Shown piece by piece: positions 37,550 through 47,707 of a stretch of DNA of 64,000 bases. The translations under genes and the position numbers were made by a program. The stretch spans positions 142,355 to 206,354 of the forward strand of contig JABGUJ010000003.1 in the NCBI GenBank assembly GCA_018646625.1. The letters run 5' to 3'. Source of the DNA: Candidatus Woesearchaeota archaeon. Lineage in GTDB: Archaea > Nanobdellota > Nanobdellia > Woesearchaeales > JABGUJ01. The notes beneath the pieces were generated by a model, which ran no database searches, was not told the DNA's origin, and worked only from the letters and a program-made list of their open reading frames with translations. Positions within the stretch are counted from its first letter, which is position 1. Each line of letters starts with the position of its first letter.

Positions 37550-38731
37550 TTACAAACTATCTCTCAATAGTTTGATCGCCTTATTCTTTAAAGCGCCGTC
37601 TATTACAACAGCAATTTTTCTGGTTTTCTTGCCTTCGTCACTTAACCAACCCACTTCGCTCTGAATCAACCCCAAATCAGTTAGGCTTACAACGAAGCTT
37701 CTAACTCGTCTTTCAGATAACGGTTTTATGTTGTAAGATTCGCAAGTTTGTAAGTAGTATTTGTAAACATCAGATCCACCCTGAATGTTTTTGATATTCT
37801 TTAAAATACCAAGATAAACTAACTTTTGATGTTTTGTTAATGTTGCAGCTATATTCAAAATCTGATCTCTTTCTAAACTCGAATCTGCTTCATCAACTAA
37901 ATCTAAAGAGATCTTATCTCTTTTCTTTGCCAAAGCAATCTTGGCACAACTATCCAACATCTCAAGAGCTCTTCTTGCATCGCCGTTTCTTTGTGCTTCA
38001 ATTTCTGCAATCTTTCTCACTACCGCATCAGCAACAACACTTTTTTCAAAAGCAACTTTTGCTCTGTCTTTTAGTATATCATAAAGTTCATCTTCGGCAT
38101 AAGGAGCAAAAATAACTTTAACTCTACCAATACTTGATTGTGTTCTTGGTTTAATATAATCTGAAACTCTAATATCGTTAGATATAATCAAAGTAGAAAC
38201 ACTTGCCTTAGTGTTTGAATTAATTCTACTCAATCTGTAAAGTATGTCATCTCCTTCTTCTCTAAGTACGTAATCAACCTCATCAAGCACGATAAGAACT
38301 TGAGAATTTGTACCACTCATGATTTTATTAAATTCAGATATGGCTTTTGCTCTTGTCCAACCCATTCTTGGATATTCTTTAGCAGAATTAACTGAATTCA
38401 ATATTTCAAGTAAAATCGCAGTCTCTGTTCGATTCTCCGAACAATTAACATAAATCGTTCTAAGGTCAACTTCGCTATTTTCCGCCTCTGTTTGCAATTC
38501 ATCCATAAGCTCATGAACCAATCCAGTTTTACCAGTACCAGGATTACCATAAACAAATATGCAAGAAACTGCACTTGACATTAGAATAGGAGAAAGTTCC
38601 ATGATAAGGTCATTTTTTTGCTCAACCCTGTGCAAAAAACCATTTGGCGGAACAAGAGAATATAGAACGTCTCTTTTCTTGAAGATCTTGTTCTTGATTA
38701 CGCCTGCAAATGTTAGTCCTTTTTTCATCAA
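37550..38731 (-). CDS. cdc6: Orc1/Cdc6 replication initiator
   Basis: Walker A VYGNPGTGKT, Walker B VLIVLDEVD, and a C-terminal winged helix. 393 aa. Confidence 0.9.
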   Translation of the reverse strand: MMKKGLTFAGVIKNKIFKKRDVLYSLVPPNGFLHRVEQKNDLIMELSPILMSSAVSCIFVYGNPGTGKTGLVHELMDELQTEAENSEVDLRTIYVNCSENRTETAILLEILNSVNSAKEYPRMGWTRAKAISEFNKIMSGTNSQVLIVLDEVDYVLREEGDDILYRLSRINSNTKASVSTLIISNDIRVSDYIKPRTQSSIGRVKVIFAPYAEDELYDILKDRAKVAFEKSVVADAVVRKIAEIEAQRNGDARRALEMLDSCAKIALAKKRDKISLDLVDEADSSLERDQILNIAATLTKHQKLVYLGILKNIKNIQGGSDVYKYYLQTCESYNIKPLSERRVRSFVVSLTDLGLIQSEVGWLSDEGKKTRKIAVVIDGALKNKAIKLLRDSL

Positions 38732-38770
38732 TTCTCACCAATAACTTAACATATCCAATGCTTCCACTAG

Positions 38771-38780
38771 TATATAAACC
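38771..38780 (-). promoter_or_regulatory. TATA-like element (tttatata on the minus strand) about 45 nt upstream of the cdc6 ATG
   Basis: The sequence motif is present, but the call is based on position alone. A GGTGA SD lies 8 nt upstream of the ATG. Confidence 0.25.
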
Positions 38781-38908
38781 TTCCGATCAGAAATTCATTT
38801 CCCTTATTTCCTTTACTGAATTTCTTACCTCTCAAGCCCCCTGGCAAGATAATCAACACATTCTAAAAGCTAGAAAAGTATATAAAGCTAAACTAATTTA
38901 ATCCAAAA

Positions 38909-39496
38909 ATGTCACTATTTGAGGTATTGAGGGATAGAGCAGCAATTAACATTCTAAAGGTTCTATACGATAATAGTCAGCAATCCAAAAGCAAACATAC
39001 GATGCTATTTAGAGACATAGTAAAGAAAATACCCTTTAAAGTACCAACTGAAGCAATATTCATATTAACAAAGCACAAACTAATACAGTCAGACATAGTA
39101 GAAAAGGAATACATAGTATCCCTATCCTCAAAAGGAAAAGAATTCATACAAATATTAGATGAGCTAAAAGAGATCCTTGTCGGTAAAAAAGAAAAAAAGC
39201 ACAATGCACACATAAATTACTCATTAACCGAGTCAGAAAAAAGAATTCTAGTCATGATAAAAAGGATCTCAAACGAAATAGGACCTAACAATATAACATT
39301 AAAGAGTCTCACAGTAGAATTATTTCCTCACGAAGTATACGAGAAGAAATCTAGACTAGTTACAAGATACATAACAAAACTACAACAACTTAAACTAGTA
39401 GAAAGATCAAGAAAAGGACGAGAAAGCGCAATTAAACTCACAGAATCAGGAGAAAGAACCATAAAAAATCAATTTCTTATGGGTATTGCTAGATGA
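38909..39496 (+). CDS. hypothetical DNA-binding protein with two winged-helix-like repeats
   Basis: 195 aa. Overlaps the downstream HAD gene by 4 nt (ATGA). Confidence 0.4.
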   Translation: MSLFEVLRDRAAINILKVLYDNSQQSKSKHTMLFRDIVKKIPFKVPTEAIFILTKHKLIQSDIVEKEYIVSLSSKGKEFIQILDELKEILVGKKEKKHNAHINYSLTESEKRILVMIKRISNEIGPNNITLKSLTVELFPHEVYEKKSRLVTRYITKLQQLKLVERSRKGRESAIKLTESGERTIKNQFLMGIAR

Positions 39497-40173
39497 AACT
39501 TAAAATCAAACAAGTAATCTTCGACTACAACGGCACAATAACTAACGATGCAGAGATTGGATTTCGTGCAACAAATATTCTACTAAAACATTACAAAGCC
39601 CCTGAAATCGATATGCAAAGATTCAAAGACACATTTCGACTACCATGGCAAGAGTTTTTCATCGAAAACGGAGTAAAAGAAGAACAAATCAATATTATAA
39701 CACATCAAGACATATACAGAGAATCTCACAAGATGCTATCAAAAGAATTTCTTAAGCTACAACAACACACCAAAGAAACACTTGAATTTTTAAGAAATAA
39801 AGGAATAAAAATAGGATTATTAACAGTAAGAAACAAAAAAGATCTAACAGAAGAACTAAACAGTCTAGGAATAACAGAACTATTCCATTCAATTAGTTGC
39901 GGAAACAGCCTATACCAAGATGGAACCAAATGCGAAAAAAACACCGAAAAGATAGTAAAAGAGTTAAACATCACCAACCCAGAAGAAGTATTAATGGCGG
40001 GAGATATGTTAATAGACATCAAAACCGCAAGAGAGAATAATTTCATCTCTGTAGCAATCCCAAATGGATGGCAATCAGCAGAAAGACTTGCTAACGCATC
40101 TCCAGACTATCTTTTAGACGACATTCAACAAATTCAAGAGCTAGTAAAATGCAATTCCAATACACAGACATAG
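39493..40173 (+). CDS. HAD-superfamily hydrolase
   Basis: N-terminal motif I variant VIFDYNGTIT and C-terminal AGDMLID (motif IV). Confidence 0.55.
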   Translation: MKLKIKQVIFDYNGTITNDAEIGFRATNILLKHYKAPEIDMQRFKDTFRLPWQEFFIENGVKEEQINIITHQDIYRESHKMLSKEFLKLQQHTKETLEFLRNKGIKIGLLTVRNKKDLTEELNSLGITELFHSISCGNSLYQDGTKCEKNTEKIVKELNITNPEEVLMAGDMLIDIKTARENNFISVAIPNGWQSAERLANASPDYLLDDIQQIQELVKCNSNTQT

Positions 40174-40757
40174 TTGAAGAAAAGCAAGATCAACTAAAAC
40201 GAGAGAAGAAACCAAAACCTAAAATCAATTTTCTCGATCTCGCATTCAAATACTGGTACATACCCGTTGCTCTAATAGTTATCCTAGTTCTTGGAAAAAG
40301 AGTTGCACTGCTAGGAACACTAGCATTCATGGTTCTAACCACACTTCTTGTTGCAACATTAAGATATAGAACAGAAATCAATTTAGGGCTAGAATTAATT
40401 ACATTCTACTCAGTCATGCTCTCTATAGCATTTAACCCGTTTGCAGGCGCACTATTTGCAGCAACAATGATTTTAATTTCAGAATCAATAAATGGAAGAA
40501 TCTGTGCATTTTTAATAATTAAACTAGCCATTCACGTCGGACTTTGCTTCATCGCACCACTAATTCTGATGCTGGGACACACATGGTTCGTAGTAATAAT
40601 GGCCAGTGCAAGAAGCGTAATTCTTTCAAACATTACATACTTTACAAACAAAGAAAGATTCTTCAGAGACATACCTGGAGCAACAATAAACTTATTTCTA
40701 AACGCATTCTTATTTGGTCAAGTTACTAAAACAGCACTAGCACTACTCGCAATATAA
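40149..40757 (+). CDS. membrane protein, hypothetical
   Basis: 5-6 hydrophobic helices. Overlaps the HAD gene by 25 nt. Confidence 0.4.
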   Translation: MQFQYTDIVEEKQDQLKREKKPKPKINFLDLAFKYWYIPVALIVILVLGKRVALLGTLAFMVLTTLLVATLRYRTEINLGLELITFYSVMLSIAFNPFAGALFAATMILISESINGRICAFLIIKLAIHVGLCFIAPLILMLGHTWFVVIMASARSVILSNITYFTNKERFFRDIPGATINLFLNAFLFGQVTKTALALLAI

Positions 40758-40928
40758 AAAAGAATTAACGTTGAAGAACACGCTTTTCAGTTTCCCAAGC
40801 ATCATTTGTAGCAACTTTCATACTACATTCTTTCTTTCGCTCCCAGAAAACCCAACAAGACTTACCAAACTCATCAAATTTAAGACAACCATTACATGCA
40901 TGATCCTCACATAAATCGTTCTCCATTC

Positions 40929-41249
40929 TCAAATATCTCTATTCTCAATAAACTTCTGATCACCAGTGATCAAAGCTTTTGAACCTGAAACTTGAATTTT
41001 GATACCCTTAAGATCATTAATAACTATATCATTACCTTCAAGATAATAAGACATGTTAAGCCCCAATATGCGCACTTTCTCCATATTAGGAAATTCTAGA
41101 ACCTTCGTAGGAAACTCACCAGTCTTATGAGGATTATTAACATCAAAAAATGATACTGAAAGAGTCTTAAACTCACCATCATTAGCTCTTGGCTTTCTGC
41201 CAATCATTACGGACTTAGCCGTTACCTCATATACCTTAGATTCCATCAT
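40929..41249 (-). CDS. hypothetical small protein
   Basis: 106-aa ORF with no motifs. Confidence 0.35.
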   Translation of the reverse strand: MMESKVYEVTAKSVMIGRKPRANDGEFKTLSVSFFDVNNPHKTGEFPTKVLEFPNMEKVRILGLNMSYYLEGNDIVINDLKGIKIQVSGSKALITGDQKFIENRDI

Positions 41250-41319
41250 TTTAACACACTTGAGAGTAGATATTATTTAAAGTTTACTCAGCCAGAACCA
41301 CAATAACTTTATAAACTCC

Positions 41320-42249
41320 ATGCTAAAAAACATAATTAAGATGGGATTGCAATCAATAGAAGAAGTTTTTACGTTCAATAGAGACTATGAAGCAAAAGTT
41401 GCAGAGACAGCAGACCACATAAGAGCACAACTTGGATCTCTCAGACCAGAATTTGGAATAACTCTAGGCTCAGGACTGGGAGACATTGCAGATGCCATAG
41501 AAGATGCAACTACAATCTCATATGCAGACATTCCTAATTTTCTTGTACCAACAGTAGAAGGACACGAAGGTAATCTCATATTTGGAAATCTAGAAGGTAT
41601 TCCTGTAATAGGACTATCTGGAAGAACACATTACTACGAATATGGAGATCTACCATTCAACTATGGTATGTTAAGAACAACGTTCGCAGTTAATGTCTTA
41701 GCAGACTTAGGAATTGCAAACTACTTTGTTACAAACGCCGCAGGCGGTCTAAATCAGAAATTCAAAGTGGGAGATATGATGGTACTACACTCACACATTC
41801 ATAATCAGCCAAACCCATTACTTGGCGAACATAGACAATTCAAAAGAGTGGACAATGGAGAAAGAGTTGAAAGATTCCCACCAGTCAGTCCAACTTACGA
41901 TCCAGAATTAAGAAAAGTACTCCATGCAGCGGGTCAAGAGCACAGAGACCATCTTCACCAAGGAGTTTACATGGGAGTCACAGGACCAACATACGAAGCA
42001 GAAGCAGAAGCAAGATCATTCAGAGATAATGCAGACGCAGTTGGTATGTCAACAACTGGAGAAGTCATAGTAGCCAGAGGAAGAGGAATGAGAGCAGTCG
42101 GTATGTCATGCATAACCAACGAGATCTCGGCATCAGGAGACAATCCTGCAAATCACGACGAGGTTAAAAGAATATTAGAATCACCAGAGGTAAGACAGAG
42201 ATTAACATCAACAGTACAAGAATTCTTCAGACTATACAGAGCTAGTTAA
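41320..42249 (+). CDS. purine nucleoside phosphorylase / MTA phosphorylase family (PNP-I)
   Basis: ITLGSGLG, VTNAAGGLN and GMSTTGEV blocks are typical of trimeric PNP/MTAP. Compositionally GC/Ala/Gly-richer than its neighbours. Confidence 0.8.
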   Translation: MLKNIIKMGLQSIEEVFTFNRDYEAKVAETADHIRAQLGSLRPEFGITLGSGLGDIADAIEDATTISYADIPNFLVPTVEGHEGNLIFGNLEGIPVIGLSGRTHYYEYGDLPFNYGMLRTTFAVNVLADLGIANYFVTNAAGGLNQKFKVGDMMVLHSHIHNQPNPLLGEHRQFKRVDNGERVERFPPVSPTYDPELRKVLHAAGQEHRDHLHQGVYMGVTGPTYEAEAEARSFRDNADAVGMSTTGEVIVARGRGMRAVGMSCITNEISASGDNPANHDEVKRILESPEVRQRLTSTVQEFFRLYRAS

Positions 42250-44182
42250 CAATCTCTACAGCCACCACGTCACTAATATTCCTTATTTTAATCACCAACT
42301 GTTCAGGTTCAAGATTCTCGGGAAGTCTTAAAGCAAATGTAACAGAAACCCTCTCCTTGTGAGTATTGGAGTTAATAGAACAAACACTAATGCCATCTTG
42401 AGAAATCATTCCCAAAATCTCACTTAATATTCCTACCCTATCATCAATCATAGCTCTAATCTTAACTATGCCTTCATCCCCCTTAAGTCTCCAACTAACT
42501 TCAACCTTTTTATTCTCATCTAACGCATGAATATTGGGGCAATCCGCTTTATGCACAGTAACCTTACCATCTTTAGTATAAAATGCAACAATATCATCAC
42601 CATGCACAGGACCACAACACTTAGAAAGCTTCATCTGAGATTTTTTTTTAACATCCGTTTTAATTAAATCTAAGAGTGCTGCCTCAGACATTTCATTATC
42701 ATCCAACTCAGATTTCCTTGCAGCTTTGTGATCATGATCATACTCAATATTCAGTGCTTTCCTAATCTTACTCCTTGATTTACTTGTTTTAATGAACTTC
42801 AACCACTGTCTTGAAGGCGATGCATTATTCTGAGTAACCACATTAACTATATCCCCACTCTGCAACAAAGTATCTAAAGGAACCATCTTACCATTAATCT
42901 CAGTCTTAGAACAATGTAAACCAACATTAGTATGCACTTCAAACGCAAAGTCAACTGGAGTCGATCCTTCAGGCAGAGAAATAGGTGTCCCTTTTGGAGT
43001 GAACACAACAATTTCCTTCTCAAACAAATCAATCTTCAAAGTTTCAATGAAATCTTTTGCATTCGCATCAGATTTCCATTGCAACAGTTGCTTCAACCAT
43101 TCAATCTTTTTATCAAACTTCTTATCTCTTTCAACATTATGGTATCTCCAATGCGCAGCCACACCTTCCTCTGCAAGATGTTCCATATCCTCAGATCTAA
43201 TCTGCACCTCAAGAACCTTTCCATGGTTTCCGACGACTGAGGTATGCAATGACTGATATCCATTAGCTTTAGGAACAGAAACATAATCTTTAAACCTGCC
43301 AGGCATTGGCTTAAACAAATCATGTACAACACCTAATGCGGTATAACATTCTGGAATTGTTTTAACAATTATTCGTATAGCAATTAAATCATAAATTTCA
43401 TTAAAATCTTTACTATCTCTCTTCATCTTACGATAAATACTATAGAAATACTTCGCCCGACCATAAACTTCAGCATCAACATTGTGCTGAGAAAGATTAG
43501 TTTTAATTATATCAATAAATTCAGTTGTAGCGTGCTCTCTCGCACCTCGTTTTGTATCAATATTATTTTTTAATGCCTCATACTCTTTCGGCAGAATAAA
43601 TTTCATACTCAAATCTTCCAATTCCCCTTTGAAAGTAGGTATCCCCAACTTATGCGCAATAGGTGCATAGATATTCATAGTTTCTTCAGCAATAAGTTTC
43701 TGTTTTTCAGGAGATTTAAACTTCAACGTTCTCATGTTATGCAATCTATCTGCCAACTTAACCAACATAACCCTAATATCTTTAGTAGTCGCAAAAAGAA
43801 CTTTTCTCAAATTCTCCGCAGTATAATCATCTCTAGATTCAAAATGAATACTTTCAATCTTAGTTAGCCCTTCAACTAACCCAGCAACCTCTTCACCGAA
43901 CTGTTCTTTTATTTCCTCAATTGAAACATTCGTATCTTCAACAACATCATGAAGCAAAGCCGCACAAATAGTTGCAGAATCAGCATTTAATTGCGTAAGC
44001 AAGCCAGCAACTTGAACAGGATGAAGAAAATAAGGCTCACCGGAAGCTCTTTTCTGCTCTTTATGCATTTCACTTGCAAAATCATAAGCTTCCTCTATCA
44101 ATTTGATATCAGCATTAGGGTTATAACCATTAATAGCCTCTATAAGTTCATTTTTCGGTATTACGCTACCTTCTTTACTCAT
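42242..44182 (-). CDS. bifunctional (p)ppGpp synthetase/hydrolase, long RelA/SpoT homologue (HD - synthetase - TGS - ACT)
   Basis: Hydrolase HD block FLHPVQVAGLL...HDVVEDT. Synthetase block YQSLHTSVVG...EVQIRSEDMEHLAEEGVAAHWRYH. TGS (IVVFTPKGTPISLPEGSTPVDFAFEVH) and C-terminal ACT. Start taken at the internal MSKEGS. Confidence 0.85.
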   Translation of the reverse strand: MSKEGSVIPKNELIEAINGYNPNADIKLIEEAYDFASEMHKEQKRASGEPYFLHPVQVAGLLTQLNADSATICAALLHDVVEDTNVSIEEIKEQFGEEVAGLVEGLTKIESIHFESRDDYTAENLRKVLFATTKDIRVMLVKLADRLHNMRTLKFKSPEKQKLIAEETMNIYAPIAHKLGIPTFKGELEDLSMKFILPKEYEALKNNIDTKRGAREHATTEFIDIIKTNLSQHNVDAEVYGRAKYFYSIYRKMKRDSKDFNEIYDLIAIRIIVKTIPECYTALGVVHDLFKPMPGRFKDYVSVPKANGYQSLHTSVVGNHGKVLEVQIRSEDMEHLAEEGVAAHWRYHNVERDKKFDKKIEWLKQLLQWKSDANAKDFIETLKIDLFEKEIVVFTPKGTPISLPEGSTPVDFAFEVHTNVGLHCSKTEINGKMVPLDTLLQSGDIVNVVTQNNASPSRQWLKFIKTSKSRSKIRKALNIEYDHDHKAARKSELDDNEMSEAALLDLIKTDVKKKSQMKLSKCCGPVHGDDIVAFYTKDGKVTVHKADCPNIHALDENKKVEVSWRLKGDEGIVKIRAMIDDRVGILSEILGMISQDGISVCSINSNTHKERVSVTFALRLPENLEPEQLVIKIRNISDVVAVEIVN

Positions 44183-44259
44183 ATTTCGTGCCTCACATAA
44201 ACAAAGACTAATCACTAAAGTTTAAATATAATATATATAGTTTTTCCTAACCAAAGGCA

Positions 44260-45255
44260 TTGAAAATGATAGTATTAGGTATTGAAAGCACAGCACATAC
44301 ATTCGGAGCTGCAATAATTAAGGACAGAGACGTACTTTCTAATGAGAGAGACCTCTTTACTACAGAAGAAGGCGGAATGAAGCCTTTTGAAGTTGCACAA
44401 CACCATGTTGCATGCTGTGATGAAATCATCAAAAAAGCTTTAGACAAGGCTAACGTATCAATCAAAAATGTTGATCTAATTAGTTATTCTTCTTCTCCAG
44501 GCATTGGACACACATTAAGAATAGGAAACATGGTTGCTAAATCACTACATGCACTACACAACATTCCTTTTGTCGGAGTTAATCATTGCATAGCACATTT
44601 AGAAATTGGTGACATGACTACAGGCTCAAAAGATCCTGTATTACTATACTGCTCCGGCGCAAACACGCAAGTAATCGCATACGATGGTGGAAAGTATAGA
44701 ATTTTCGGAGAAACACTAGATATCGGCATAGGAAATTTCATTGATTCATTCGCCAGATACATTAAACTAGGATTTCCTGGCGGACCAAAGATAGAAAAAC
44801 TAGCTCTAGAAGGAAATAAAGAAGAATTAATTGACTTACCTTACTGTGTTAAAGGAATGGATGTTGTTTTTGGAGGAATATTAACCAATCTGAAAACAAA
44901 ATACAACTCAAAAGAATACAAGGTTGAAGATTTATGTTACTCACTACAAGAAACTGTTTTTGCGATGATGATTGAAACAGCAGAAAGAGCCATGGCACAT
45001 TGCGATAAAAATGAACTTCTTCTAGGTGGAGGAGTCGCATGTAATAAAAGATTACAAGAAATGGCCAGAACAATGTGCGAAGAACGTGGTGCAAAATTGT
45101 TTGTTCCAGAAAACCAGTTTTTAGTTGACAATGCAGCAATGATCGCATGGCAAGGTTTAATTGAATTTCAAGCTGGACGAAAATCTGACGAAGCAGAAAC
45201 TGCAACAATACAACCTTACTTAAGAACAGACGAAGTAGAAGTTCTATGGAGATAA
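44260..45255 (+). CDS. kae1: tRNA N6-adenosine threonylcarbamoyltransferase Kae1
   Basis: MIVLGIESTAHTFGAAII N-terminus and HCIAHLEIG metal-binding block. 331 aa with no fused Bud32. Confidence 0.9.
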   Translation: MKMIVLGIESTAHTFGAAIIKDRDVLSNERDLFTTEEGGMKPFEVAQHHVACCDEIIKKALDKANVSIKNVDLISYSSSPGIGHTLRIGNMVAKSLHALHNIPFVGVNHCIAHLEIGDMTTGSKDPVLLYCSGANTQVIAYDGGKYRIFGETLDIGIGNFIDSFARYIKLGFPGGPKIEKLALEGNKEELIDLPYCVKGMDVVFGGILTNLKTKYNSKEYKVEDLCYSLQETVFAMMIETAERAMAHCDKNELLLGGGVACNKRLQEMARTMCEERGAKLFVPENQFLVDNAAMIAWQGLIEFQAGRKSDEAETATIQPYLRTDEVEVLWR

Positions 45256-45726
45256 TTTCTTTAACGCTTCTTTAGCATAACATTTAACATCATCTCTCAC
45301 ACCATACTTAGGATCATCTAATTCTTCTGAAGTAAACCATTTACAATCATCAGTCACCTCAGTTTCCGAGAGCTCAAGATTAGCAGAATCTGAAGTTGCA
45401 AAGAAAATAAATGCAACATGCTCATGAGTATCATTAATTCTATGACGAGAAACAAATTGAGGATTCGTCAACAAAGTCTGATGTTCATCATTAAGAAAAG
45501 AGTAATCATGATCAGAATATAGTTTTACATCTAAACCAACTTCTTCTTTAACTTCTCTTACAGCAGCTTCATCAGGATCTTCTCCTAATTCAATATGACC
45601 ACCAACACTAAGCCAAATACCTAGTTTATCATGTTTTCTCAATAAGACTTTACCGCCATTAACTACAAACACTTCAGAACAAAAATCAACTGCATCATGT
45701 ATGTGTGGCATACAAGAAAGAAACAA
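45244..45726 (-). CDS. NUDIX hydrolase
   Basis: Nudix box GGHIELGEDPDEAAVREVKEEVGL. Confidence 0.75.
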   Translation of the reverse strand: MFLSCMPHIHDAVDFCSEVFVVNGGKVLLRKHDKLGIWLSVGGHIELGEDPDEAAVREVKEEVGLDVKLYSDHDYSFLNDEHQTLLTNPQFVSRHRINDTHEHVAFIFFATSDSANLELSETEVTDDCKWFTSEELDDPKYGVRDDVKCYAKEALKKLSP

Positions 45727-45753
45727 GAGAAGTATAATAAATATTTTTATTCA

Positions 45754-46902
45754 CTAATGAAGTAAAACAAACTCCCCATCGTGAACCAATTTCATATCAT
45801 ACTTCTCATCGACCAAATCACCATACTCATCGATAGTAATCCAGTTTGAGGCTCCGGGAAAGTTCCGAATAGAGTAAAGAGAATTCATCACACAATCAGT
45901 ATCCGTACAACCTCTCATCCCTTCTACCAGAACCAACAAAGCATCAAAACCTTTAGCACCATAGATCTCAGCAGATTCATCATACAATTCCCTGTACTTC
46001 TCAGCATACTTTTGAGCAACCGCGTTATCTAAATCTAAACTAAAGTAAGAGAACTCGTGTCCTTCAGCATATTCACCTGCAACACGCAAAACATCAGCAG
46101 ATTGAGATCCAGTAGTACCAACAATTTGCAAACCAATCTCAAGTTCACCGGCATGTTTCAAGATAGAACCAATCTCGGCATAAGATACCACCACAATCAA
46201 CTCAACATCTGCAGATAACATCTTCACCAGATGTGATTGAAAGTTCGTTTCACCTTGATCAAAACTATCGTCCACAACTCTTCCAGGAAAAACACTCACG
46301 AACTCATTCTTCTGCGCCAATCCGTAATCATTATTTACCCACAACAAACCAACATTAGAAACATTAATCTCATCTACTAAATACTCAGACAAAAATCTCA
46401 TCTGCAACTCACCAGGTCCAGACACCCTAAACAAATAATCATCTTTAGTATGACAAGCAGGAATTAAACACACTGCCTCCAGTTGAACAATCTTTTTTTC
46501 ATTAGCATAAGGCATAACCGCCAAAGTAGAAGACGCACCACCAAAAGTTATCAATGCATCCACTTTATTTATCTCAACTAATTTCCTCGCAGCATTTATT
46601 GCCAACTTCGGATTAAACTGATTATCTTCATACAACAATTCGACTTTTTTACCATCAACACCACCTTCGGCATTAACTTTCTCTAAAGCCAACTCTAATC
46701 CTCTCATAGCATACTCACCATACAAAGAATTTTCACCTGACAATCCGGTTATCACACCAATCTTAACATTATCAACTGCTGCTCTAGAAACTACTTCACC
46801 AGTTATCACATCACCATCAATCATCCTACAACCTTGCAAAAGCAAAGCTAACAACAAAAAACACACTGCCAACAATACCCATATCTGCTTTCGCGACATC
46901 AT
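45754..46902 (-). CDS. ABC-type branched-chain amino acid-binding lipoprotein (LivJ-like), paralogue of 6437..7585
   Basis: Signal peptide plus LLQGCR lipobox. Type I periplasmic binding protein fold length and blocks. Confidence 0.75.
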   Translation of the reverse strand: MMSRKQIWVLLAVCFLLLALLLQGCRMIDGDVITGEVVSRAAVDNVKIGVITGLSGENSLYGEYAMRGLELALEKVNAEGGVDGKKVELLYEDNQFNPKLAINAARKLVEINKVDALITFGGASSTLAVMPYANEKKIVQLEAVCLIPACHTKDDYLFRVSGPGELQMRFLSEYLVDEINVSNVGLLWVNNDYGLAQKNEFVSVFPGRVVDDSFDQGETNFQSHLVKMLSADVELIVVVSYAEIGSILKHAGELEIGLQIVGTTGSQSADVLRVAGEYAEGHEFSYFSLDLDNAVAQKYAEKYRELYDESAEIYGAKGFDALLVLVEGMRGCTDTDCVMNSLYSIRNFPGASNWITIDEYGDLVDEKYDMKLVHDGEFVLLH

Positions 46903-47000
46903 TCTAAACCACCAATAACACCAAACACGAAAACATATTTAAGAATAAGTTGTCACATAATATGACAACATTTATATAGCAAAACAGCAATAAAAGCCCC

Positions 47001-47705
47001 ATGATAGAGAAATTACAGCAAATTGGCCTCTCAGAAAAAGAGTCACACATATATTTAGCTCTTGCAAAAACAGGCGAAGCTACGGCCAACACCATAGCTA
47101 AAAGAACTAACTCAAACAGAACTGCAACATACAACATCCTACAACAGTTATCAGAGAAAAGTTTAGTCACATACATCAATAAAGAAAAGAAAAGATACTA
47201 TTCAATATCAAAACCAGACTCTTTGCTTAGCGAAATAAAAGAAAAAGAACTCATAGCTAAAGATCTAATAAAAGAAATCAACAAAATTAACATCAACCCA
47301 ATAACTGAAAAAAGAATTGAGATATTTGAAGGTAGCGATGGAATAAGATTCGTACATGATGAATTAAGAAAAACAAAAGACTTTAGAGCAATAAACGCAA
47401 CAGGATTCATATATGAATTCTTACCATTTAGCGGAAAACACATTGTAAAAGAAATTTCTCAAAGTCCAAATGCAAAGATCATAGCCACACAATCCGCAAA
47501 GAAAACTCCTCTAGCTAAATTCAAAAAATTCAAGATAAAGTACCTTCCCGAAGAAGCAGAAAACTGTGCAACAACATTCATCTTTGATGACATAGTAGTT
47601 ATTCAGGTGCTAAAAGGACCAAATCCATTCGCAATAAAAATAGCCAGTAAAGAAATATACGAAGGATACAAAAAAGACTTTGACGTTCTCTGGGAAAAAC
47701 TTTAG
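47001..47705 (+). CDS. TrmB-family transcriptional regulator
   Basis: N-terminal HTH_TrmB: IEKLQQIGLSEKESHIYLALAKTGEATANTIAKRTNSNRTATYNILQQL. The overlapping minus-strand ORF 46904..47179 is rejected. Confidence 0.7.
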   Translation: MIEKLQQIGLSEKESHIYLALAKTGEATANTIAKRTNSNRTATYNILQQLSEKSLVTYINKEKKRYYSISKPDSLLSEIKEKELIAKDLIKEINKININPITEKRIEIFEGSDGIRFVHDELRKTKDFRAINATGFIYEFLPFSGKHIVKEISQSPNAKIIATQSAKKTPLAKFKKFKIKYLPEEAENCATTFIFDDIVVIQVLKGPNPFAIKIASKEIYEGYKKDFDVLWEKL

Positions 47706-47707
47706 AA

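Noticed and set aside
46904-47179. 91-aa minus-strand ORF overlapping the start of the TrmB-family regulator
   Set aside because: The plus-strand frame has a clear HTH_TrmB motif. The minus ORF is hydrophobic junk overlapping the intergenic region.
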